Assembly (NCBI GenBank): GCA_951406725.2
Contig: OX597824.1
Span: 6,262,001 to 6,326,000, forward strand
DNA length: 64,000 bases
Source of the DNA: Octopus vulgaris
Lineage: Eukaryota
Direction of reading: 5' to 3'
Shown: piece by piece, positions 26,041-42,421 of the stretch
Position numbering within the stretch: the stretch's first letter is position 1
Layout of the letters: each line of letters begins with the position of its first letter
Notes under the pieces: generated by a model
What the model saw: the letters and a program-made list of their open reading frames with translations, nothing else
Told to the model about the DNA's origin: nothing
The model's database searches: none
Program-made: the position numbers and the translations under genes

Positions 26041-26843
26041 TGGTAAGCAAGGTATGGCTGATTTGATTAAATTGTCGATAAAATATAAGAATCTAAATAA
26101 AAGTAATATACCTATTTATCTGACAATTCCGTATATATATGGTGGAGAATATACTGAGTGGTACTTTTGTATAGCATAGAAGAAGGGTTAATGTACTAAG
26201 GTGTAATTTTAACGGTTGTAAATACTTCTAGGTTTCTAGATCAATTTTCTTCTACTCATTGCTTGGAAAATTTTAGTATATCCTATATTTTCGAAGACGA
26301 TGTTACATATATGGGAACTTACTGTGTAACGTAATTATAGATTGTATTACAATCACTGCTATTATGAATTACAAATCAAGAGACCTGATTTGCAGTGGCA
26401 TTTGCCCAGAATGCAAGGAACACTAAATAGGAGGAACCAAAATTGGATTATATGAGAGAGTAAGAATACATAAGCAACGCATCGTATTCATGGCCATTTT
26501 AGTACAAACACCTCACTAAGAGGACAAATGGAAAAAGAAAATTCTAAATATACCTAGTTTTATGGATATAGAGAGAAAATAAAGATTTTCCAGAAGTTAA
26601 AGTAGACCGTTTTATTTATAAATACGCACCAAAATTGAATTAACAGAATTGGCATTGCAACAATTTTGAATCCACATGGAAATGGCCATGAAACACTGTC
26701 TAAGGAATCAAAGCAACGTATAGAATAGAGACTGTGTACTTTTACCAATTTATATACTGAAACATTCCTATGTATATAATTATGTAAATCTTTATATGTC
26801 GATATATATGAATAGGAAGAGTAAGTTATATACATATATACAA

Positions 26844-26900
<57 letters not shown>

Positions 26901-27074
26901 CATATACATATACATATACATAGATATACAGAGTGTGATGGGGAAATTGTCGCCATTTTATCTTTTTAATTTCGCGCATGCGTATTGTTTCTTTTAGATT
27001 CTGTCGACTACGCAATAGAGTAGGGGCAGTTGGGAACCACATGTGAGAAAAACACAGTACCATCAAGCAATTCA

Positions 27075-27260
27075 CTCTGCCAGAAATTTGGAAATGCTGC
27101 ATTGCTTTACATTTACGCTGGAAGCTCCAATACAGACATTTCAGAGTGTTTGGATATCAATCTGAAGACATGTTCTGAGAGCGACAAAAATCAAACATTC
27201 AGTCATCATCATGGTGTTTGTGGAGTGACCGTAGTATATTCTCCACATCGTGCAAATGAT
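27075..27260 (+). pseudogene. Probable maT-like transposase fragment
   Basis: [18 protein letters not shown] (HTH-like) fused to [11 protein letters not shown], similar to the KTKFP..V..FG segment at 2383-2420. Confidence 0.45.
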
Positions 27261-27295
27261 GTATCGCTCACGGCACCGCTGGAGAGAAAGAATAT

Positions 27296-27344
<49 letters not shown>

Positions 27345-27386
27345 TGTGCATGTGTGCGTGTGTGTATGTACGAGTGTGTGTGTATA

Positions 27387-27442
<56 letters not shown>

Positions 27443-27443
27443 A

Positions 27444-27485
<42 letters not shown>

Positions 27486-27621
27486 ATATACACTCAGACA
27501 TTTACGCTACGCCTAAACATGTACGCACAAAATCATATACACGTGTACATACGCATAGATCCATATATTTTTGCATTTACATGCCAAAATTAAATGTATA
27601 AATATATGTGTATTTACATAC

Positions 27622-27653
<32 letters not shown>

Positions 27654-28283
27654 TTGTGTATGTGTTAAAAGCCAAATCCCTACACATGCACAAAATTTAT
27701 TATGAATAGATATACATGATAGAGAAATAGAAAAATTTATTTATGCAAATATTCTAGTCTACAGTAAAATAAATGGCATGTTTGATTTCGATATAAGTAC
27801 TATCATATATTGTGTGTTCTGCATGTTAACAGAGCATCTTGTACTTTCAAATATGTGTTACATTCATAGCAGATGGAAGCAAAAAACCAAAAATAATTCT
27901 TCAAATCTAAAAATTTGCTTCCGATTCCTTACGTTTGTTATTAAGACATCGAAGGATATTTTTTTTTGTTCGGCTTTACTTTCTGGTGTTTTTATGTATT
28001 TGTTTTAATGTTTTCTTCCTGTAGTTTCTTTTGGCTATTCGGAATAATAATTTTCATCATCGATTTTTTTTTTTATTTTCGATGTTTTTGTTGTTGTTGT
28101 TGTTGTTGTTCTCAATCTACTGTGGCTGTTTGTTTATGTTTATTTTTGCAACGGGGGGAAAGGGGGAGAAAGCTTGTATTATTATACATAGGTGAACAGA
28201 TGAAACATATACACCACATACACACATGCATCAACATACACACACAGTTTTATATATATATATATATATATAGATAGATAGAT

Positions 28284-28368
<85 letters not shown>

Positions 28369-29029
28369 TACATATATGTAGATCGATAGTCAGGTAGGTA
28401 GGTAGATAGACAGATAGACAGACAGATAGATACATACATACGTACGTACATACATACATTCATACATATGTACGTAGGTATATAGGTAGCTAGGGAAGTA
28501 GGTTGGTTGGTAGACATCAAAGGTGTCATCTTTAAGTCGGCACCAATTTAGTTGACTAGAAGTATAGAACTTTTGATAGAAACTATATGATTCTCATGGC
28601 CCAAATTTCCTTGCTTTTCTGTTTATAAGGAAATGTTTGAGGCGAAATACTCGAGAAAGACATCACAGCATACAGAGAGAGAGAGAGGAAGAGCGCGAGA
28701 GGCCGAAGCTAAGCGAGAGTTATATGGAGAATTAATAGGAGAAAAGTGAACGGAGAAGAGAAGAAAAACTCCGTGCAATCAATTATTGCCTTTTTCGTGA
28801 TAGTTAAGGTAATCGAAGAAAAAATATGTTAAACATATTTGACCTGTACTTGCCAAAATACATAGCGGCATGCATTAATCTTGATATGTTTTTAGACACC
28901 ATTCTTTCCGTTTTATGCTTACATATGAAAAAAAGAAAATGGTCGAATTAAGTGAATATGTTTTATAGCTAAAAAAATCAAAGTAAACTGAATCATAAAG
29001 AAAACAAGAAGCTACACAAACACATAATC

Positions 29030-29073
<44 letters not shown>

Positions 29074-29205
29074 TATCATTTTTCAAATTTTATTTAATAT
29101 TACATTACATATATATAAGTATATATATATATTATATAATATATATTTATATTAAATAAATAAATATGTATATATGCATATATATGAATATATATAGATG
29201 TATGC

Positions 29206-29245
<40 letters not shown>

Positions 29246-29403
29246 TATATATGAATATATATATGTATATATATAAATAAATATATATATATTTGTGTGT
29301 GTGTATATATGTATATACACACATATACACATTATATATACATATATTTAAAGAAATATATATATATGTATATATGAATATATATGAAAATATATATATA
29401 CAG

Positions 29404-29444
<41 letters not shown>

Positions 29445-29569
29445 TATGCAAATGTGATTTTATGTAAATATACATTTCCTTTGCTTATAAAGGAAACTAT
29501 GTATACATACATATATACAGATTCATATATAATATATATATATATATATACATATATACATATATATAC

Positions 29570-29657
<88 letters not shown>

Positions 29658-30396
29658 TAAAAGCATACATCTACGTTCCTTTTATTATTTCTTGTCAGGA
29701 AGCTTAATATAAAGGCAATATTTTAATCATGTCGAGTGTTGTTGTACTCTTTGTGTCTCATCAATGCACGAACAGTTGTAGAGCAGTTTTATTGCAGTCT
29801 TATGTTTTGTCAAAAGAAACAACAAGAACCAAAGAAAAAACAAACATAAAAACAATATTATTACACATGAATGTGTTTCCGAACTTGTTGATCGACATAT
29901 TACATCGTGAGTCTCTTAAATTTGCTAATGAAAGACCAGTTCTTCCTTTTACACAGATATACAAGACAAGCGGTGTGTCTTTAGCAGAAACGCACATAAA
30001 CATACGTCCGACATATATACAAACACCGTGGAAAAATCATGTGTATGCATATAAATATACATCTATATATAAATATATTTTAATATTCTTTTCTATAATC
30101 GCGGCACAGCAATCGTTTCGGCTGACAGAATATTGTACAGCCTGTCGTGAAAACAATCGTTACGCTAAGCTTTAAATAGCAGAAGATACACACACACACA
30201 CACACACACACCCACACACACACACATACACATACATACACACAGATATAAAAAAATGTATTACATAATTATATATAATATATGCATATGCATGTATAAT
30301 ATATACAATATATATATATATACATATATGTGTGTGTGTATATATATATATATGTATGTATGTATATCTATATATCATATATATATATATCTATAT

Positions 30397-30432
<36 letters not shown>

Positions 30433-30574
30433 TCTTGTTTTATTCACAGGTTGTAGTTTACAACAGAGTTTTAAAAAGTTGTTTGGAGTTACTTCTGAAC
30501 TTTTATTGGAATGAACCTTGGCAGTGCTTGTAATACATTTACATAGATAGCGACAGATTCGATGAACTGGGGGA

Positions 30575-30910
30575 GAGTAGGAGGAGGAGCAGAAGGGGAG
30601 TAAGAGGAGGAGGAGGAGGCAGAGTAATAGTAGTAGTAGTAGTTGTGGTGCTGGTGCTGGAGCTGGTGCTTATAGTGGTAGTAGGAGGAGGAGGGGGAGG
30701 AGGAAGAAGAAGAAGTAGAAGAAGAGGAGGTGGAGGAGGAAGAGTAAGGGGGGATGAGGAGGAGGAGAGGAAACAGAAGAATAAGAGTAAGGAGATAAAG
30801 AAGAAGAAGAAGAAGAAGAAGAAGAACAACAACAACAACAACAACAACAGCAACAAGAACGGCAGCAGCAACAACAACCACAACAACAGCAGCAGCAACA
30901 ACAACAACTG
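30575..30910. repeat. Purine-rich compound trinucleotide tract (GGA/TAG/GAA/AAC/AGC)
   Basis: Directly visible. Confidence 0.9.
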
Positions 30911-31886
30911 CACAACTGCACAAAGGCATGGAGAATATGAAATGCATGTGGAGCCAATAAAAAAGAAGGCTGATCTTCAACGGATGGTCGAAAAGTTCTA
31001 ACAATAATACAAGAAATTAATTTTTAAACAAAAATATCTTAAGAAACAAAGATGGAGAAGTAATTAAAGCTGGATAAGGCAGTGGAAATTTATATTAGCT
31101 TATAGTATCGATTCGTTATAACAGAATGTAAAATGTCCGTTTAATTAGGTTTTATGGTTTATATAGATTTTAAAATGCACAGATAAAGTTTGCATGAAGT
31201 CTAACGCTTAATTATAATTGCAGAGTTGGTACATATTAAGCTATTTTTAGAAAATATATAAACAGTCAAAATGAAATGTATAGCAAATAATTCTTTGTTG
31301 GTCGATTATGCTTTTGTAAATAGTTGGACTTAAAAAGACTATTATTTGTGTTCGGTTCATACATAACAGATATTCCTGCTTTTGTAGGTACAGTTCTGTT
31401 TCGGCTGTTGTTGATTGGAAGAAACTAAGTTTTGGAGAAAACTGTGATAGTGTATGAGAGTTTAATAGTGTTTATTAAATGGATATACAGTGCGATTTAT
31501 GCGAAGAATCGGTTTTTTTTTTTAATAAAATAACTAAATTTTTGGATAAGATTTCTGCTAAACTTAATTTAAGCAGAGGGTTATACTAAGCATTTTAATT
31601 TTTTTTCTATTAATTATTTACTTAATAACTCAAGTAGTTTCTTCGCTAGATAAAATTTTCCACTTGAATCCGCTTCTTTGAAAATTATCGTAAAAATGTT
31701 TGAAACAATAACTAAATATAATCTTGATAAGCACAGTGTTTAGAAAGTTTAAGAGAAAGATAATATTTTTCACTAAATTATGTCTCTAACTCGATTAGAT
31801 TGTTCATGGATATTGTTTCAAAATGTCTCTCAGTGTACCCTCTAAAAGTGAGTGCCTTCGAAGAAAATGTAGAATTGTGCCGTATA

Positions 31887-32299
31887 GACGCAGGAGTGGT
31901 TGTGTGGTAAGTAGCTTGCTTACCAACCACATGGTTCCGGGTTCAGTCCCACTGCGTGGCAGCTTGGGCAACTGTCCTCTGCTATAGCCTCGAGCCGACC
32001 TCGTGTACATCCTCGTGAGTGGATTTGGTAGACGGAAACTGAAACAAGCCTGTTGTATATATGTATATATATATATATATGTATGTGTGTGTATATGTTT
32101 GTGTGTCTGTGTTTGTCCCTCTAGTATTGCTTGACAACCGATGCTGGTGTGTTTACGTCCCCGTCACTTAGCGGTTCGACAAAAGAGACAGATAGAATAA
32201 GTACTGGGATTACAAAGAATAAGTCTCGGGGTCGAGTTGCTCGACTAAAGGCGGTGCTCCAGCATGGCCGCAGTCAAATGACTGAAACAAGTAAAAGAG
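31887..32299 (+). mobile_element. SINE family B, full length
   Basis: Family B head, internal (TA)/(TG) tract and tail; flanked by gtata on both sides. Confidence 0.9.
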
Positions 32300-32329
32300 T
32301 ATAAAGAAATCACAATCTGAATGAATGCA

Positions 32330-32989
32330 AGGGGAGAAGACAAATGTCACATGATTCCTTCTGTTCTTCAACTTAAACGTGACGAAACAATGTGTCGCAA
32401 ACGTTCTGAGCAAAAATCTCCATCTATTGTTACTCTCAGTTATTCTATAAGCAAAACACAAAAGCTACATGTGGCTACACTAGAAGGCAAAAGACACGTG
32501 CCTCATACTCAAATTTTCAATGGACTGAACTGAACCGGAACTAATCTGTACATCTTCTGATAACTCACGGATGGTGATTCGACAATTACCCCTCACAGCT
32601 GCACGTAAATCTGCGATGTTTTTCTCAGTTCTCCTGCTTCCGGGTCTTCCAAAATGTTTGTCAATATTAACAATTTTCGGCCATTTTGGAAACCACTGAA
32701 CGACTCGTACACTTGACTGCGGCTCATACACTCTCCTCCATACACTTTCTGCAACATTGCGTAGTCCACTGAGCAGGTATCGTCATGACAACTTTGTCCT
32801 GGTCAATGCGATGTCCATATGCTACACACTTTCCTTCCAAGCACTGCTGTAAACAGCTAAAGTAAGTTAAAACATTAAAACTTGGTACGTATACACAACC
32901 CATTTGATCTGTGCCTGGCGGCTTTACTCTGCGTGCTTTAGCATCGTTACTATGGCAACAGTGTGCACACATATTGATCAGACCTCGTA
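32330..32989 (-). mobile_element. Mariner remnant (5' TIR plus N-terminal transposase)
   Basis: TIR tatacgaggtctgatcaata on the minus strand; V..W....NIDKHFGRP..RTEKNIADLRAAVRGNCRITIRELSEDVQISSGSVQSI HTH region. Confidence 0.8.
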
Positions 32990-33600
32990 TAGACACAACT
33001 AAACATATATATGCTTGTATGTATGTATGTATGTATGTATGTATGCATGTATGTATATATATATTTGACCATCCCTCATTAAACACACACATACACACTC
33101 TCTCACAATGATAAAAAGAAATATAATTTATGGTCTACCTCCCCTCCATCACACACTCAGTGACATTGTGAAATGGTCAAAACTGAAATTCTTTTTTCCC
33201 AAGACCTTAGAACCCCCTTGGAGTCAATAATCTGTCCAGTAGACCAAAAGATTCTCTTCTTCTTCTTTCCTCTCCCTTCCCCTTTTTTTCTTTAGCACTC
33301 ATCCCAAAATACAAAAACACACACACACACGCACACACATACACACATGTTCTCTCTCTCACTTTCTCCTCATCCATCACCCTCTTGTACTGTCTTATAT
33401 TCCTCCCCACCACCACAAACTCAATACCACTATAAAATGGTCAAAACTCCTCACGCAGAAACTTAGTTTGATTTGAAAACCCCACTAGAATGGGAGAAAG
33501 CGCTAATACATGATTTAAGTTATATGATATATAAAAAAATGTAATATACAAATAAATATCTGTAAATATAAACCATCCGATTTTCTAAGTACCTCATTTC

Positions 33601-33655
<55 letters not shown>

Positions 33656-34052
33656 TTACACACACGCACACACACACACAAATATATATTATTATAAATG
33701 TCATATATATACACATATAGTATGGTGGAATTGTGTACGAAATTATGTTGCAAGTCGAATGCTGATCTATAAATAATCATACACAGAAATGCATTTATGG
33801 ATAAGTTAAACACTTATCTATTGATTGAAAAGTGAAACCTTGTATGCGAAGAAATTTTTTTCATGCAGAGAAATGAGAAAATTTTCGGAGCTATATTAGA
33901 TCTATATCTGGAAAAGATATACTACATACATACATGCATACATATATGCATACATATACATACACATACATACACACGCATACACAAACACACACACATA
34001 TATAAATACTTATATACATATATATATATAAATAAACATACGTACAGAGAAA

Positions 34053-34097
<45 letters not shown>

Positions 34098-34109
34098 TCA
34101 TACACACAC

Positions 34110-34205
<96 letters not shown>

Positions 34206-35107
34206 TTAATCCAAACAAGAAAACAAAAAGACAACAACGCGAGGATGTGGAACAAATATATATATATATATATATACATACATATATACATATATATGTA
34301 TATATAGATATAGATATAGATGTACGTATAGGTATATATCTATATACATACATACATATACATACATACATAGAAATATATATACATGTGTGTGTGTGTG
34401 TGTGTAATATATGCATATTTCCATACATATACGTTCATGCATGTATGAATGTATACATTTACAATAAATTGATGAATAATGAATAACCACCATTCACATC
34501 CGACTCACCACCTCCCCATGAAATACCTGCGCCTACCTTTCAAAATGTAACTTGAATCGTGACTATAAGAAAACCTGCGGTGGTACAGACGCCAAACATT
34601 GCTTCAAGATATTCTGTCAAAATTATTGAATTTAAAAAGTTTCCTGAACTCTTAGAAATTCTGGAAAACAATAGAATTTCTGTAGCCTTTGTCAGCGTAT
34701 TTCGAAAATAAAATATTTAAAAAATGAAAATTTCTAAATTGATCAATATTTATGCTTTCAAAATCTGTATCTATATCGACATTGTTTTCCTTCATTTAAA
34801 ATGTCTGAATCATTATTTCTGTATAAAATCTACACGGGAATTTTTGATGGCATTGTGTACGGGGCATAAACATGAACTCTGTATTAATCTAGAATCTCTG
34901 TATTAATCTAGAATGTCTGTGGATCACAGAGCGTGTCAACTCTAGACATTGTGTTAGTGCAATTTAGCAGGAATTCGCAGATCCAAGGAGGTAATTATAG
35001 AGAGAAAGACGAGAGAAATACCTATACACAACTTTACACATATAAACTAATAAGGAAAATCGCGCACGGACGCACATACGTATATTAATACGATTAAACT
35101 GCACACA

Positions 35108-35560
35108 TATATGGTTTGTTCAATAAGTATTACGGACTGTTGCCATAATGACAAAGCTGAGGCACGCAGAGGGAGCCACTTGGCACAAATTGATCTTCAA
35201 TTCTACTGCCCATGCACCATAAGCATTAACGTTCAGCTCACTTCCGGTGTATACAGCAGTGCGTGGAGACGATGTGCGTAGCGTTTGATCGTCGCACTGA
35301 TCAAGACAAGGAAAGATGAGCTTGCGGGTCTCCTAGAATGTTCGTCAATATTAACACATTTCGGCCACCTTAGAAACCTCTGAACGATTCGTACATTGAG
35401 TGCGGCTCTTACACTCCTCTCCATACACTAAAACATTAGAACATTAAAACTTGGTACGCATGGACAGCCGAGTTGATCTCTGCCAAGCGGCTTTACTCTG
35501 CGTGTTTTAGCTTCGTTACTATAGCAACAGAGCGGATACGTATTGATCAGACCTCGTATA
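35108..35560 (-). mobile_element. Mariner deletion derivative (MITE-like) with long imperfect TIRs; solo TIR at 35775-35892
   Basis: Left atggtttgttcaataagta...ctgttgccata...gcacgcagag is inverted relative to right ctctgcgtg...tatagcaacag...tattgatcagacctcgtata; the interior matches the 32330 element. Confidence 0.8.
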
Positions 35561-36679
35561 GCCGCAAGTAAACATATATATGTATACTTATCTACTTAAG
35601 TATGTACACTCGCTCGCACAGACACAGAAAGACACTATGTTTGTATGTATGTATGTATATATGTATGTATGCATGTATGTATTTATGTACTTCCTCTGTC
35701 ATCGTCAATGCAACGATCACCCGCTACATACCTTCCTACCAAGCATTGCTGCAAATAGCGAAAGTGAGCTAGAATGTTAAACCTTAATGCGCATGCACAG
35801 AACAGATCAAGGTCAATCTTTCCCGAGCCACTTCAACTTTGCGCGTTAGCTTCTTTACTATGGCAACAATGCGGACAATTATTGATCAGACCAAGTATTT
35901 ATAACTTAACAACTAATCACCCATCTACTTTCACATACATACACATATGAAGAGGATCAATTAGACACAAACTCACCAACACTCACAATTTTTCCTCCAT
36001 CATTTTCGCTCCTAAATCCACCCACCTTCACAGGCAACGAAGCAATTAATTAGGTATATAAATCCTTAAAATACAAATTCTAAAAGATTGCACCCTTAAA
36101 TGCACATCTTTATCTCTGTACTAAACTCACAAACTCGCACACATACTGCTATCCGACAACCACACGAACACACATACCCGCACACTTCAAAAGCTTTGTC
36201 AAATCCCGTCCACTAATGCTTACCATATAATTGGAGACGATGAACCCCTTAAAGGGTTTTCTTCTCACCCGTTAAATTTAATTTTATCTCGCATAAAATG
36301 TCGAAAATGGAGTAAAGACAAAGCCACACGTCATCGCTACAACTCGTATGCCCCATGTTCAGGAAGGCATACGAATATATATAGCAACATGATACAACGT
36401 ACGCACAACCTATCCCACAAACACACATACACACTTACATACATACACAAACAAACACATACACACAAAGCGCACACACACACGCAACCACACACATACA
36501 AACGCACACATATAAGGCCCACCCATATCACCATAAAACTCGCATTACATACCTATACATGAGTATACATTCACGCTAAACCCTCCTACAGACTCTACAC
36601 ATACTCACATGCACATACACACTCACATGCACACATGCACACACACACATGCACACACATCAATTGCACAGGTCACAAA

Positions 36680-36893
36680 GGCGGCGAACTAGCAGAACCG
36701 TTAGCGCGCCGGAGGAAATACTTAGCGGCATTTCATCGGTCTTTACGTTCTGAGTTCAAATTCCGCCGAGGCTGACTTTTCCTTTTATCCTTTCGGGGGC
36801 GATAACTTAAGCACCAGTTGCGTACTGAGGTCTATATAATCGACTGGTCCCCCTCCCCGCTAAGATTTCGGGCCTTTTGCCTAGAGTAAAAAG
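36680..36893 (+). mobile_element. SINE family A (variant tail)
   Basis: 17-bp TSD attgcaca(g/a)gtcacaaa at 36663-36679 and 36894-36910. Confidence 0.9.
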
Positions 36894-37300
36894 ATTGCAC
36901 AAGTCACAAACACATACACTCCCTCTGACAACCACCACAGACCCGCATATACACACACTTCTCTGTGCAAACACCCACACTCTCTCTCACACGCACACGC
37001 ACACGCACACCAGAAGCTATAATCTCCATAAGTGATGAGGCTTGTGATGAAGATTCATTAATTAACAGTAAAACTTGCACGCACTTGTTTGTAAATCAAC
37101 ACCACAATACGTTGAACCCCCTTCACAACCAAGAACCAAGAACACTCACACACACACACACACACACTCACACACACACACACATGCACACACACACATG
37201 CTCAACCCGCCACGAACAACCACTTACATTAATATCTATAACGATTTACAATAGCAGTGAACGACGTATATGGCTGATGCTGTAAAGACAGCGTTATTAG

Positions 37301-37685
37301 ATATATATAAAAGTGAGGTTATGTGCTGTCTGTCTACTACGATTTAGATTCCTAACTACTCCCACATTTTGCGGTGCAGTTTAAACAAATCTTATAGTCG
37401 TGATTCATATCGAGCCCTTCTGGGTATTAGCGCGCGTCTACGATGAGCCTACGATTAAAAAAAAAATTACCATCAATTTTTCCCATTTTTAATGTATTTT
37501 TGGCACATATAAGGGAAGTAACTCTCTAAAAAAATTTTATTAAATCTCAGAACGTAGAAAGTTACAGTAACACCCCCTCCTTTGTGGTTAGCCATATTGA
37601 GATGGCTATTATACTTTACATCTCTAAAAATGCTTATATAGTTATTTCCCTTACAAACCCGAGCAACGCCGGGCGATACTGCTAG
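37301..37685 (+). mobile_element. Non-autonomous Helitron
   Basis: 3' hairpin cccg-agcaacgc-cggg, then CTAG|T; highly similar to the reverse complement of 46474-46756. Confidence 0.85.
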
Positions 37686-38164
37686 TTAGATATAAACTGA
37701 ACTAAATGAACGAAATGCGAGAAAGGAATGCTTCCTTAGAATCGTTTCAATATTGGTCACTTAGAGGTAGATAGCGCACGCTCCTAATTATAGGACCCTC
37801 GCTCCTAATTATAGGACCCTCGTGACCTTAATAGTTGGAACTCATCAACAGGTTTGAGTTGAATGGTAATTAATTTGTGCATTAACAAATCATTGCCACA
37901 GCGTATATTTCTGTGCCATAACCGACCAAACTACAAATTGGTGAATGCTTCATCGTTCTCTATGCCTGACTGTTGTTTGTCCCCTTTTGTTTGTCATTTT
38001 TGAATGTGAATAATGTACATAAATAGAAGCGAATGTCGGGATAAGCAAATTAGACAAATCATTGCCATATTTGAGTCTATAACCGCTCAAGTTTGAATAT
38101 TATGAGCATTACTCAGTGTATTCTATACTGAGACGATCTGGATATCATCTATGAAGTATATTCA

Positions 38165-38660
38165 TGCATACATACATACATACATACATACATACATACA
38201 TACATACATACATACGTACGTACGTACGCACATACATATATACATACATATGTACGTGCATACATACGTACATACATATATACATACATTCATACATACA
38301 TACGTACGTACATACATACATACATACATACATACGTACGTACCTACCTACATACATACATACATACATACATACATACATACATACGTACCCACATACA
38401 TATACACATACATATGTACGTGCATACATACGTACATACATATATACATACATTCATACATACATACGTACGTACATACATACATACGTACGTACATACA
38501 TACATACGTAGGTACGTACATACATACATACATACATAGATACATACGTACATACATACATACATACATTCATACATACATACATACATACGTACGTACA
38601 TACATACGGACGTACATACATACATATATACGTACGTACATATATTCATACATATATACG
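38165..38660. repeat. (TACA)n/(TACG)n tract with an internal ~164-bp higher-order duplication
   Basis: tgtacgtgcatacatacgtacatacatatatacatacattcatac at 38251 and 38415. Confidence 0.9.
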
Positions 38661-39291
38661 TGCTTCCTCTGTTAGCAATAAACTCCTATACTACCCCATA
38701 GACGTCAACCTCGGACCCCTATGCATTATCTGTCACCCACTCACATTCAGTGCTTCAACTAATCCACTTAATACCCAATAAAGCAAAATTGACCTCGGAA
38801 CGAAGATTACTTTAAGCAGAACTTGAATTCATCTCGCATCACTTCTCATTGATTTTTCTTCTTAAATATACAAATTAACTCTCATTAAATTGAAATCATA
38901 TTCAGTCATATCTATATCTTTTGGAACTAAAAATATTGATTGTCCAGACTACACTTATATATATTCATAGGCACAAAAGCACGCACAATTGAGGGTGTAC
39001 ATACAGTATATACAACGATAGATCAAAACAAGCAACTAACGGTGACCAACACCATAACATCTACCTGCTATACACAGGTCATACCTGGGACACCTATAAA
39101 TAAAATCAGCTACCAGTAAACGCAGCTTCCATTTCGTTTTAATATTCTTAATACTTTGGGAAGGCCGCTTAACGTGATAAAAATCACTGAATCGGTCACT
39201 GTGCAATATATCAAATAAGTCTTTCATCTGCAAAAGTATAAAAGTAGAAAGTTTTCTCATTCGTAGTTATAGAAGTTACTGAAAGACGCAT

Positions 39292-39407
<116 letters not shown>

Positions 39408-39460
39408 GCAAAGAAGTGACCATTCCTAAATATTTATATATATATATATATATATATATA

Positions 39461-41030
<1,570 letters not shown>

Positions 41031-41310
41031 ACACACACACATACAAAGATAAAGTGATAGATACAACTGACTGGGCAAACAAAAATATGAGACACAGCCT
41101 AGTGATTTTTTTATGTTGATAAGCCTAGTACTTATACTATTAGTTTGTTCTTGTGAAACCAGTTAGTTATGTGGATGTAAATAAATGAACAGCCGTTGTG
41201 AAGCAGTGATGAGGGCGAAGCACAGAGACACACACATGCACTTACATATATACATACATATATATACGATTTATTTGTTTCAGTTCCTGTCTACAAAATC
41301 CATATATATA

Positions 41311-42421
41311 TTGTTGTTGGCATCCTTTTTGTCTCTGGAGTTGCGCATAAAATAATGCTTTTACATTTCATGTCCTAATACATCTCCTGCTGTGGCTGTG
41401 TAGTCCTATCCCGGACAAACTATCCCTCTGGCTGGTGCCGAAAATGTAGCGAAGACTTTGCCTGGCTGGTTGTAATGTCATACATTCTTGTTGACGTCTT
41501 TTCTTGTCGTTCCATTTCTCCTCTCTATCTCTGTCACTCCTTTGTGTTCCCTCTTTCACGGTACGTCGCCAATCTCCACGGTTGCTAGTAACTGCTTCCC
41601 AGTTGGTAATATCGATATTGCAGGCATTCATGTCCCTTTTGCAAACATCCTTGTATCGTAAGAACGGTCTTCCCACAGACCTAGTGCCCCTAGCAAGCTC
41701 TCCGTTGAGTATGTCCTTGGGTATTCTGCCATCTTCCATACGGCTAACATGTCCAAGCCATCTCATACGTCTTTGTGTGAGGAGTGCAAACATGCTTGGT
41801 ATTCCAGCTTGCTTGAGGACATCTTTGTTGGGGACATGATTCTGCCATTTGATGCGAAAGATATTCCGAAGCCAGCGCATGTGAAAGATATTTAGGCGAC
41901 GTATGGCGTCGTATGGCCTGTGTATGGCGTCCAAGTCTCACTTCCATACAGTAGAGTGCTAAGTACACATGCCTGGTAAATCTTCATTTTTGTGGTCTTG
42001 GTCAGCTTATTGTCCCATGCCCGTTTGGAGAGTTGGGCCATCACAGCAGCTGCCTTGCCAATGCGTATATTGAGCTCAGTATCAAGGGATAGGTTGTAGG
42101 TGACGGTAGAACCACGATAGCTAAACTTCTCCACCTCCTGTAGTCTGTGGTCGCCAATATGTATGTTTGGGATGTCCGATGTAGCCTGACCCATGATGTT
42201 GGTCTTCTTGAGGCGGATAACTAAGCCAAAGTTGCCATATGCTTGCTCAAAACAGTTGATGAGCCTTTGTAGGTTTTCTTCTGTGTGTGATACCAGAGCG
42301 GCATCATCAGCAAATAGCCTCTCCTTGATCAGGACGCTTCTGATTTTAGTCTTGGCACGCATACGCGAGAGATTGAACAGTTTCCCATCACTTCTACTGT
42401 GCAGAAACACTCCATCATCTG
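41311..42421 (-). pseudogene. 5'-truncated RTE-clade LINE: RT C-terminal part, one frameshift near 41900, (CAA)n tail
   Basis: ORFs 41892-42473 and 41368-41934 give DGKLFNLSRMRAKTK, LFADDAAL, FGLVIRLKKTNIM, LLYGSETWT, RWLGHVSRMEDGRIPKDILNGEL, GLHSHSRRC; 3' gagac..ggatgccaacaacaa. Confidence 0.92.

Noticed and set aside
29729-30175. 148-aa non-repetitive ORF, likewise 50513-51022
   Set aside because: No recognisable motif, and the composition is typical of chance ORFs in AT-rich DNA.
37780-37821. Short two-copy tandem duplications (21 bp here; 19 bp near 19118 and 34877)
   Set aside because: Ordinary slippage duplications without spacers; not CRISPR-like.
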